Source: Octopus sinensis
Taxonomy: Eukaryota
Direction of reading: 5' to 3'
DNA: 21,581 nucleotides
Assembly (NCBI RefSeq): GCF_006345805.1
Contig: NW_021823652.1
Span: forward strand, 1-21,581
Program-made: the position numbers and the translations under genes
The notes under the pieces: model-generated
The model's input: the letters and a program-made list of their open reading frames with translations, nothing else
Told to the model about the DNA's origin: nothing
Database searches by the model: none
Shown: positions 9,529 to 18,749 of the stretch, piece by piece
Position numbering within the stretch: the first letter of the stretch is position 1
Layout of the letters: the number at the start of each line of letters is the position of its first letter

Positions 9529-9567
<39 letters not shown>

Positions 9568-10018
9568 AAAGAGGTCGTATTGTTGGGCAATCTTAGGCTG
9601 GTCTCAGCCAACCTCAGATTGCCGAAAATCTGCAACAAAATGCCGAAAAAAATTGCTGAAAATCTTCAAATCCCTCTTGCTATTGTTAACGAAATTATTG
9701 TGAAATTCAAAAGCCAAGGAAAAGAATCAACACATTCTCGTCCCTGCCGACCTGGGCCCACGGAAAGGAAGCTTCGCTGTTTGAAGAGAATTGTGGGAAA
9801 CAAAGCCCGTTCGAAGGCTTCTGACATTGCAAAACAGCTAGAACGTGTTAGTCCAAGAACGTGTTACATATCTGCATAAGCTTGGGTATTATGGACGAGC
9901 AGCTAGAAGAAAACCTCTCCTACAACCAATTAATATCATAAAGAGAAATAAATGGGCTAAGGAGATGTCAGAAAAATCCAGTTCATTTTGGGATAGAGTG
10001 ATTTTCTCAGATGAATCG
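9148..10018 (+). mobile_element. Tc1-family transposon 5' half (transposase pseudogene, ATG at 9294), truncated after the first catalytic Asp
   Basis: MPRTKILAE [microsatellite] [82 protein letters not shown]: paired-like HTH, ARRKPLL and W..VIFSDES motifs of Tc1 transposases. Putative left end TA|CAGGG at 9146-9152; no right TIR. Confidence 0.9.
9326..9566. repeat. Compound CTA/CTG microsatellite block inside the Tc1 ORF
   Basis: Visible; homologous to 7161-7440 (see findings). Confidence 0.92.
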
Positions 10019-10112
10019 CCATGGAAACAGGGAAACCCGGTCCTTATGAGTCGGTATGAATTGAGAAGATAACGTTAACTTTAAGTATTATTATCATCAT
10101 CATCATCATCAT
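10019..10112 (+). mobile_element. RTE-type SINE/LINE 3' tail fragment followed by (ATC)n
   Basis: GGAAACAGGGAAACCCGGTCCTTATGAGTCGG resembles the tail of the 349-656 SINE. Confidence 0.55.
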
Positions 10113-10129
10113 CTGCAGCAGTAGCACTA

Positions 10130-10389
10130 TCGATGCCTTTTTTATCGCGGGTCCTAGGTCTCATGGTTCAGTTCTCCTGTTTCCTTGGCGTATAAGTAAC
10201 CGAGATTAAATCATTCACCCTGAATGGGACGTCGGTACGTGACGGTCAGCCATTTACAGCTGAGTGGACTGGAGCAACGAAAATGAAGTGTTTTGCTCAA
10301 GAGCGCAAAGAAACACCCGTTCTGAAGATTGAAACTAGGATCTTGCGATTGTAAGGATAAAACTCTAACCACTAGGCCATGCCCTTCAC
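10130..10389 (-). mobile_element. SINE group C, diverged
   Basis: Minus head GTGAAGGGCATGGCCTAGTGGTTAG; central CTTGAGCAAAACACTTCATT..TTGCTCCAGTCCACTCAGCTG; tail TATACGCCAAGGAAAC shared with 349-656. Confidence 0.82.
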
Positions 10390-10489
10390 TCTACTTCTAC
10401 TACTACCCTCTAACTACCATACCCTATTTTTTTTACCCTATTCTCTCACCACTTCTGCCCATCCCTCACCCTCTCAACTCATCCCCTCT

Positions 10490-11060
10490 GCACACTACCC
10501 ACGCCCACCCATCTTCTCTCCACGTCCACCCGTCCCTATTATCTCACAATCGCTGCGCAAGTTTATCATCATTTCTACCCCGGGTACTTCAATCACTACC
10601 TTAGAAAACCCTACAACTTTCTTACCACTTCTTCACACCCTAACCCTAACCCTAACCTTCATGCACGCCCTACGTTTCTATCAGTACCCACATCCGCCCA
10701 CCTTATCTTTCTCTCTATCTCTTTATTTTTCTCTCACCAGAACTGCAAACACCTATCAGCAACTCTACCCGGGGTATTTCAATCTCCACCTTCAACAAAC
10801 CTGCTGTTTTCCTACTGTTTTTCACACCTAACACTAACACTCCGTGCAAACCCTGTTTTTGCATCAGTACCCACGTCCACCCACCTTACTTTTCTCTCTC
10901 TACCCGTTACTTTTCTCTCCCAACCGCAGTGAAAATCCATCACCAACTCTACCCCGGGTACTTGAATCACTACTACCAACACCCCTGCCATTTTCTTATC
11001 GTTTCCTCACACCCTACAAATCACCACCTGTGCACACTGTGCAATTTTCTCACCACCCTG
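10490..11060. repeat. Degenerate ~185-bp C/T-rich tandem repeat, about 3 units, within a pyrimidine-rich tract 10390-11220
   Basis: Anchors CTACCC(C)GGG(G)TA at 10575, 10765, 10949; (C/G)TACCCAC..CC.CCCA at ~10496, 10684, 10867. Confidence 0.82.
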
Positions 11061-11339
11061 CCCCTTAAACCTCTCATCACATGTACCCACATCTCTCATC
11101 ATCTCTGCACCCACTACTTCTCACACTACCTGTACCCAGCCTATACCCACCCCAGCTTCTGACACCACTCCATCTACCGTTTCTCTATTACCAATTCTAT
11201 TCAACCTACTTTCCACTCAAAGAAATCAATTATTTTAAATGATTAATGCTCACATAAGCAAAAATATAACTTTTATTAGAATTAAAAGTTGAATTGTACG
11301 CATTTTCAAATACATTTCAAAAGAATGTTGCGTAGCTAT

Positions 11340-11594
11340 GTGTGCGTATGTGTGTGCATGTGTGTGTATGCATGTATGTATATGTGCAGTGAGCATGTGT
11401 TTTATATATATATATATACATACGTACATATATATATCATTTATATTATATAGATTATATGCATATATATCATATCTCTATATATAATATATATATATAT
11501 AGTCAGTTCATTTATATATGAGTACGTGTGATGTGTGTCTGTGTATATATATGTATGTTTGTGAATATATGTACATGTGTGTGTATATATGCAC

Positions 11595-11649
<55 letters not shown>

Positions 11650-11787
11650 TATGTTGTGTGTATGTGTGTGCGTGTATGTATGTATGTTTACGTAAATATG
11701 TATATATAGGCAGAAGCTTTTCTACCAAACTATGAAACATTGATTTTCGACAGGAACAAATTAACACTTTATAATTTCTCCCTCTCC

Positions 11788-11832
<45 letters not shown>

Positions 11833-11922
11833 AATCTACCTGTCTCTCTCCCTCTCCATCTTTCTCCCTCTTTCTCTCTGACTCTCATCTCACTGTCTCT
11901 CTTCCTCACTTTTTTTTTTTTT
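11340..11922. repeat. (TG)n/(TA)n and (CT)n microsatellites
   Basis: Visible. Confidence 0.93.
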
Positions 11923-12151
11923 AAATAAAGGGGTTTTGGCGGGGTGGGAAATGCGGGTGGAGGAATGGCGGTTAAAATTAATGATTCATTCTGGAATTCT
12001 GTAAATTTTCTATCTCCGAACGGCTTCGTCTTCCCTTTTATAAAACTAAAAGAAGTTGCGGAAAAATCGGAAAAACACAATTCTACTGTTGATTTTAATC
12101 AATTTATATATCCTACCTTCTACTTGCTTAACGCTTCCCAATCTCATCAAG

Positions 12152-12262
12152 TTGATGAAGAAGAGAAGGAAGAAAAGGAAGAAGATGAAGAAGAAGGGAA
12201 GAAGGAGGAAGAAGATGAAGAGACATGTGTGTGTGTGCGTGAGAGAGAGAGAGGGTGGGGGG
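12152..12262. repeat. (GAA)-rich, (TG)n and (GA)n repeat
   Basis: Visible. Confidence 0.9.
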
Positions 12263-12464
12263 AGAGGCGAAGAGGCAAAGGAAATTATTGAATTTATCAA
12301 TTAGAACGTGATAAAGCTCCGGGTCATCAGAGTATTGCACGGAACATATGAAGAAATGATATCACTAATCCCTTATCATTAATTATCTGTAAATGATTTT
12401 CATAAGATATTCATCGAGATAAACTGAAAATTACTTAAAATAATTCCAATTAAAAAAAAAATGT

Positions 12465-12723
12465 ATATATACATACATACATACATATATATATATATAT
12501 AAATTTAAAAAATCCCCTTCAAGCATGATTTGCGCATCTTAAGATCCATCTCTTCCTCCTCCTTCTCTATATCGTTATCCATTCCTGCACCCTTTCCTCC
12601 TTATCCTTTCCCTCCTCGTTTGCGTTCTTCTGACCCTCTTCTTTGTATGCCTTTTTCTCCTCCCTCTTCTTCTTCTTCTTCTCTTCTTCTTCTCTTCTTC
12701 TTCTTCTTCTTCTTCTTCTTCTT

Positions 12724-12754
<31 letters not shown>

Positions 12755-12920
12755 TTATTATTATTATTATTATTATCTTCATCATCATTTATCTCCTTCT
12801 TCATCTTCTCTCTCTCTCTCTCTCTCTCTCTCGCACGCGCCGTATCTAACTCTTCATCCCGTCCTTGATCGTTCCCTTATTTTCCTTTCCCTCCCACCCT
12901 CTTCATTTACCCCCCCTCTT
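12465..12920. repeat. (TA/TACA)n then a polypyrimidine tract with (CTT)n-(ATT)n-(ATC)n-(CT)n
   Basis: Visible; about 20 uninterrupted CTT units at ~12694-12753. Confidence 0.93.
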
Positions 12921-13059
12921 CTTGTCTTGTCAAAATTGAAATTAGTTAATTAAAAAAGATCATATTAACATTTATTATAACTTTCTTGAGAAATTCTTGC
13001 GAATTATGGTATTTTGCTGAGCATCTTCTATTCCAAGTTCTAATATTTCAAATATCTGA

Positions 13060-13632
13060 GAAACACACACACACCACACACACACATACACACACACAAA
13101 CACACATACACGGATATATATATGTATATATATGCATATACATATATGCGTAAAATATATATATAATATATCTATATATATATATACACATACATATATA
13201 TATATATTATATATATATATAGATAGAGAGATACAGAGAAGATATAGATTATAGATATATGCTATGCATATAGATAGATGATAGATATAGATAGATAGAT
13301 AGAAAATATAGATAGACAGATAATGATAGATAGATAGAGATAGAAAGATAGATAGATAGACAGATAGATAGATAGATAGATTCAGTTATATGCGGAGAGA
13401 TAGAGAGTGTTATAGAAAGATATAGTCAAATAGAAAGAGGGAAAGAAAGAGTAAAGAGTGCCTGTGTATGATTGTGCTTGCGTGTGGGTACGAATGTGCA
13501 CGTGTGTGTGAAAGATAGTTAGCGAGAGGGGGAGGGAGAGAGAAGGGGAATGCGAGAGAGTTGGAGAGTACGACCGAGCGAATGAGAGAGAGAGAGAGGG
13601 GGTGAGAGAAAGAGTGAAAGAGAGAGGGGAGT
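13060..13632. repeat. (CA)n, (TA)n, (GATA)n and (GA)n microsatellite field
   Basis: Visible. Confidence 0.93.
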
Positions 13633-13980
13633 GATGAAATAATTCCTCCGGTAATTCAGACGACATTTCATGATAATTTCTTGAAATCTTCAAAAAATCT
13701 CCAGTACAAGCCAACCGTGGAATTATTAAGTTCGACACGAAATGCAACATTATCTGTAATAAACGTATTAGATAAAATTTAATCAAGTAGATAAACTCTG
13801 CGAAAGTGAAAGTGATAATGATAGTACTCGCTAACCGTTGCGAATAATAATTTAGTTTGCAGAGAGCAATTCCGAGTATCATACAAATACGAAAGAAGGT
13901 TCATGAAGAAAGGAGAAGGATCATTTCAAGGGACCTCCGGTAATTTTAGCACCTAACTTTGTAATCTATATCAGTTTAGT

Positions 13981-14116
13981 GTGAAGGCGCGTGACTTAGT
14001 GGTTAGGGGCGTGGTATTCGGTTCACGATAGTAACGTCTTGAGTTCGATTCCCAGCTGCGCAATGAGTCCTTGAAATAAAGGCCTCTTTATTTCTCGTTT
14101 CTGCAGTCTACTCAGC
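13981..14116 (+). mobile_element. SINE group C 5' half
   Basis: GTGAAGGCGCGTGACTTAGTGGTTAG..GAGTTCGATTCC..CAGTCTACTCAGC. Confidence 0.78.
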
Positions 14117-14126
14117 CCCCACCTCG

Positions 14127-14335
14127 TAATGTTTGAGTCATTCGACTGTGACCCTACTGGGGCACACCCTTGGAGGGTTTATTCAAAAATATCGAGCTCA
14201 GTACTTATTTTTTAAAAGTTGGGTTCTTATTCTATCGATGTTTGTCGCCGAACTGCTAAGTTACGAGGACGAAAACCAACCAATATTGTCACGTGATGGT
14301 GGGAGGACAAACACTAATACAAAGACACAAACAAG
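14127..14335 (-). mobile_element. SINE group B 3' half, diverged
   Basis: Alignable by eye to 15978-16190 (GTCATTCGACTG..GCCGAACTGCTAAGTTACG..CAAAGACAC). Confidence 0.72.
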
Positions 14336-14356
14336 AATTTTTCACGATGCTTTAAC

Positions 14357-14593
14357 GATTCTTATTTCTTTATTGCCCACAAGGGGCTAAACATAAAGGG
14401 GACAAACAAGAACAGACAAACGGATTAAGTCGATTAGATCGACCCCAGTGCCTAACTGGTAGTTAATTTATCGACTCCGAAAGGATAAAAGGCAAAGTCG
14501 ACCTCGGCGGAATTTGAACTCAGAATGTAGCGGACGAAATACCTCAAAGCATTTCGCCCGGCGTGCTAACGTTTCTGCCAGCTCACTACCCTT
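14357..14593 (-). mobile_element. SINE group A (tail 1), full length
   Basis: Collinear with 5711-5938. Confidence 0.92.
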
Positions 14594-14636
14594 AACCTCT
14601 TAAACATTTAATACAACATCATAACTAACTGACACA

Positions 14637-14883
14637 ACGTGAAATTAACGTGAAAGTGGCTGAGCCCTCCACAAACACGTTCACAGGGAGATTCAGCGTG
14701 ACGTAGAATGGGATTAGGTTGGCTTTTGAAATACAAGTACAACTCATTTTTGCCAGGTGAATGGATTGGAGCAACGTGAAATAAAGTGATCTTTCAAAGG
14801 ACACAACATGTCGCCGGGAATCAAAATCTCGACCTTTACGACCATGAGCCGAAAACCGTAACCACTAAGCCACTCACCTTCAC
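14637..14883 (-). mobile_element. SINE group C with a different tail (GTGGCTGAGCCCTCCAC..GGGAGATTCAGCGTGAC)
   Basis: Head GTGAAGGTGAGTGGCTTAGTGGTTA; central TTTATTTCACGTTGCTCCAATCCATTCACCTGGCAAAAATGAG. Confidence 0.82.
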
Positions 14884-15012
14884 TGTACACCATAATGTTA
14901 AGGCTAACTCATAATATTTATACTACTTTCACGAGGTACGTTCACTGTCAAATGTTGTAGATATAGAACGAAATCTGGGACATAGCCGAAATTTTCAATA
15001 TCATAAAATATT

Positions 15013-15746
15013 CTTTTCTACTTAAGGCACAAAGCCCGAAATTTTGTGGGGGGGGGCAGCCAGTCGATTAGATCGACTCCAGTACGCAACTAGTACTTAA
15101 TTTATTGACCCCGAGAGGATGAAAATCAAAGTTGACCTTGGCGGAATTTGAACTCGGAACGTAAGGATAGACGAAATACCGCTAAGCATTGTCATATGGG
15201 AAACGTTTCTCACTGAAGACGGAAGGAAATGTCTACTGGAGTTGTGTGAGAGCTGCAATGCTGTATGGGAGTGAGACTTGGTGTTTCAGGGAGAGAGAGA
15301 GATGGCAATTTTGTGAAGGACCGAGAGAGAAATAGTGAGAGAAATGTTTGGGGGGTGAAGCTGTTTGATAAGAGGACTGAGGACTTTATGGGGATGCTGG
15401 GGTTGGATGAATCAGTGGAACAGCTGGCAAGGGTAAATGGAGTGTGATTGTATGGGCATGTGTTGAGGAGGGATAAGAAGCATGTTCTGAAGGGGGTGAA
15501 TAAACAGCGAAACCGAGGTAGACCGAAGAAAATGTGGAGGGGACACGTGGGGGAGGAGATTGGGAGGGTTGGCTTGAGAATGGAGGACGCCACAAACCGG
15601 GCAAGATAGCAAGATGGTGTGAGGGCAGTTGCTATAGCATTGAGGTAGGTCCGACCACCTCCGATAACGGGGACAAAACCCGGATTTAAAATGATGGATG
15701 ATGGATTTCGTCCGGCGTCCTAACATTTCTACCAGCTCGTTACCTT
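15013..15746 (-). mobile_element. SINE group A (tail 2), split by an RTE LINE fragment: pieces 15013-15190 and ~15705-15746
   Basis: 16-bp TSD aatatcataaaatatt at 14997-15012 and 15747-15762; the SINE resumes in register after the insert. Confidence 0.9.
15191..15704 (+). mobile_element. RTE-clade LINE, 5'-truncated (ORF C-terminus plus 3'UTR)
   Basis: GKRFSLKTEGNVYWSCVRAAMLYGSETW..RTER..MFGVKL..LGL.ESVEQLARVNGV*LYGHVLRR..RGRPKKMW (LYGSETW, GHV.R and RGRP..W motifs of RTE elements); tail GGGGACAAAACCCGGATTTAAAATGATGGATGATGG. Confidence 0.92.
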
Positions 15747-15977
15747 AATATCATAAAATATTGTAATGGAGATCTATAAATTATTGCACCAAAACGAAAA
15801 TATTATTATTATTGCACCAAAACGAAAGTCGCGGGATTTCGACCGACTAGGTCGTTAGTATTATAAGCAGTTTTCATATGGGACTCAAAAAGAGTCCTCT
15901 GTGGATTGAGTTGGAGCCTTGTGCACGGACCATATCTCCACCGAAGGATGCACCACAACACATACACACACATACGT

Positions 15978-16353
15978 TATACTTGTTTCAGTCATTTGAC
16001 TGCGGCCATGCAGGAGCACCGCCTTGAGAGGTGTTTCTCAAACAAATCGACCCTCGGACTTATTTTTATAGCCTACTACTTATTCTATTGGTATCTATTG
16101 CCGAACCGCTAAGTTACTGGGACGTAAGCACACCAACACCATTGTGAAGCGGTGATGGGGGGGGGAGAGTTCAGACACAAAGACACAAAGACACATACAT
16201 ATAGATACACACACGCGCACACACACATATACGACGGGCTTCTTTCAATTTCCGTCTGCCAAATCTACTCAAAAGACTTTGGTCAGCACGAGTCTATAGT
16301 AGAAGACACTTGCGCAAGGTGCCACGCAGTGGGACTGAACCCAGAACCATGTG
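15978..16353 (-). mobile_element. SINE group B, head slightly truncated
   Basis: Reverse complement of the 8722 copy from tail to B box. Confidence 0.92.
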
Positions 16354-16409
16354 TAAAGCATAAAGTATATCCCCGGAACCAAGTATAAAGTATATTATAT
16401 ATATATATA

Positions 16410-16578
16410 TACTCCTTGTTTCTCTCCTTGTTTTTTTTTTCTGTGTCCCTTTCTGTAGAAGAGCGAAGGCTCGAAACGTAAAAGACTTTTTCTATTCCTG
16501 AGCGTTATACTAATACATCTGTTTGTTTTGTACACCACCTGTCTTTGTCTTTTGTTTTTTTCGTAAGCTCTCCCTATA
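16410..16578 (+). mobile_element. Penelope-like element terminus between (TA)n arrays, carrying a hammerhead-like motif
   Basis: CTGTAGAA-GAGC-GAAG-GCTC-GAAACGTA core followed by a T-rich run into (TA)n. PLE identity is inferred from the known PLE-hammerhead association. Confidence 0.65.
16449..16486 (+). ncRNA. Minimal type I hammerhead ribozyme-like motif, probably inactive (A6>U)
   Basis: Stem I CUUU (16449-52) / AAAG (16481-84); CUGUAGA vs consensus CUGANGA; stem II GAGC/GCUC; GAAA; palindromic stem III ACGU; cleavage triplet GUA. Confidence 0.6.
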
Positions 16579-16592
16579 TATATATATATATA

Positions 16593-16636
<44 letters not shown>

Positions 16637-17199
16637 CACATAAATGAGTTATAAAGATTTAAACAAAATGTTTTGAAATAACTGGCTATAAGTATTAAAA
16701 AACTGATTATCCAATCAAAACTTGAATTGAAGATAGTTCGTCTCTAAATTAACGTACAACTCCACAGCATAGAATGCAAAAAAGATGAACAAAAAACTTT
16801 AAACAGATAAATCGAAGGATAGTAATGTTAAGATCAGGAAGAAGCTGCACTGGTATTATAGTAAGTTTGCAGTTGCAACGATTACTAATCGATTCAGGTG
16901 AAACACGTGTAAGTCTATTTGAAGCTGTGTAGGTCTACTTGTAACTCTAGAAAAAGGAATTAAAAGTAATCCTAATGCTACTTGTTAATAATCCTTACTA
17001 CTGTTATTATTGATATTAAATACTCCAGGAAACCTATATGGTTGAGGTAATCTATTTAGAATTATCCAACGGAATATACCTCTAAATTCATATCTTATGA
17101 GAATTATTATTGGATTTGTATACTATCCATTGAATGCCTAACTGTGAGAAAACCGGTAAACGTTTGGAGAAATTCCTTGCTAATTACCAATATAGGTAA

Positions 17200-17363
17200 C
17201 TACACGTGGACTGTTGGCGATTTTTCCCCCTTATTTTTCTTTTGGACTTTGCTCGAAACGTTACAAAGCCCCACTCTTTCTTTCCTTATCTAAGCCTCTT
17301 AGTAATATTTTGCATGTACCACGTCCTCGCGTGGTTGATTTTTTCTTGTCTTTTTCTCCATTT

Positions 17364-17410
<47 letters not shown>

Positions 17411-17438
17411 ATATATATATACATACATATATATATAA

Positions 17439-17486
<48 letters not shown>

Positions 17487-17511
17487 GTGTATATATATAT
17501 ACACGCAACTA

Positions 17512-17564
<53 letters not shown>

Positions 17565-17582
17565 TATATATACATACATATA
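17200..17582 (+). mobile_element. Second Penelope-like terminus (partial) followed by a (TA)n array from ~17375
   Basis: Shares GCTCGAAACGT (17251-17261 vs 16469-16479) and the downstream layout with the 16410 element. Confidence 0.5.
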
Positions 17583-17752
17583 AAAGCCTGGGGAAAATAG
17601 TGGTTAAGAGGTGGTTTTACGCACTTAAAACCCAAGAACTCCAGAAATTAAAGGCCTACCCATATCCCGTAGACGTAGCACATGTCAGGTCCCTATGAGT
17701 TAACTAACACAGATGATGATAATCCATCTGAGAGTGGGGACGCAGAAATACC

Positions 17753-17904
17753 TATTTCTTTATTGCCCACAAGGGGCTAAGCATAGAGGGGACAAACAAG
17801 GATAGACAAAGGGATTAAGTCGATTAGATCGACCCCAGTGAACAACTGGTACTTAATCTTTCGACTCTGAAAGGATGAAAGGCAAAGTCGACCTCGGCGG
17901 AATT
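17753..17904 (-). mobile_element. SINE group A (tail 1), 5'-truncated
   Basis: Tail and central domain up to GGCGGAATT. Confidence 0.9.
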
Positions 17905-18749
17905 ACCATTAGCGACCCCCTAGCTGTTGTCATAAACAAAAGCATTCGTGCAGGGGACCCAGAACCACAAAATCCAATATGTTTTCTTCTAATACGGTGG
18001 GATCTGATTGTGATTCGAAGGAGATTTGATTGCTATTTTTATCAAGTCGAGGATCGATCCCATATAATGGCATCCCTTGTTTTTTAAGTTCGTGGATAAA
18101 TTAAGTGATTGTCACACTTTTCTATATTGGCTTTCATATAAGTAAAGTAAAATCTTCGTTGTTGCTCTTGATATAGTCTCGGCCCAGATCAGGGTTGATC
18201 TATTTGACTTGCGATCAAATGCATACCAGACATAAAAATACACTCTATAGTTCATAATTTTATGTATCTAAAACGAAATTATGTTATTTTTTTCGTCTTG
18301 AGTGAGTGATATGAGTGTGTGATATGAGGGTAATTTATTTGCTATTTCTTGTAGATATCCAAAATATGTAGCATCCATCATTTAAAATCCGTTATCTTGA
18401 CGACATTTTAGTGTCAGTGTTTTAAAACTCTCTGCTACGTTCTCACATTTACAAACAATTCGTTGATATTTTCCCAAGAAGAATCATTTATGTATTTCAT
18501 TACTTTTATCTTCTACTGTTTCAGCCTCAGGCATCTACGAATTCCTGTGCGTTATCGTTGAAAATATATATTTTGGCTTAATCACGTATATACGAACAGA
18601 GCTCAGATCAATATATACATCGTCTTATTCAATTTGAAATACAAACCGACTGACAGACTGGAAGTCAATGGATTTCCAGTCTCCCAGAGCTATTGCCCGT
18701 CAATTTCTATAGACAAGCTTTTGAGTACAGGACGCTCAATAAATGTCAA

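Noticed and set aside
10638-10657. Interstitial telomere or chromosome-fusion scar
   Set aside because: Only three hexamers, embedded in a repeat unit whose neighbour carries a degenerate equivalent.
10379-11162. Pro/His/Leu-rich ORFs over the 185-bp repeat
   Set aside because: Unit lengths of 190 and 184 break frame between units; the G-poor composition suppresses stops.
12035-12046. TATA box (TATAAAAG on minus, TATAAAAC on plus)
   Set aside because: Part of a TTTTATAAAA palindrome, common in AT-rich DNA; no initiator or downstream gene support.
11944-12291. 115-aa ORF with an acidic tail
   Set aside because: The acidic part is a GAA repeat followed by TG/GA repeats; the N-terminal part has no recognisable motif.
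15841-15900. Two small hairpins (CGACC/GGTCG and GGACTC/GAGTCC)
   Set aside because: 5-6-bp stems are expected by chance; no Helitron CTRR end or RNA-family motif follows.
16870-16910. Possible 36-nt exon LQRLLIDSGETR with a GTAAGT donor, and similar weak candidates near 6978-7011 and 14900-14932
   Set aside because: Poor polypyrimidine tracts and no recognisable peptide; too many such AG..GT pairs occur by chance.
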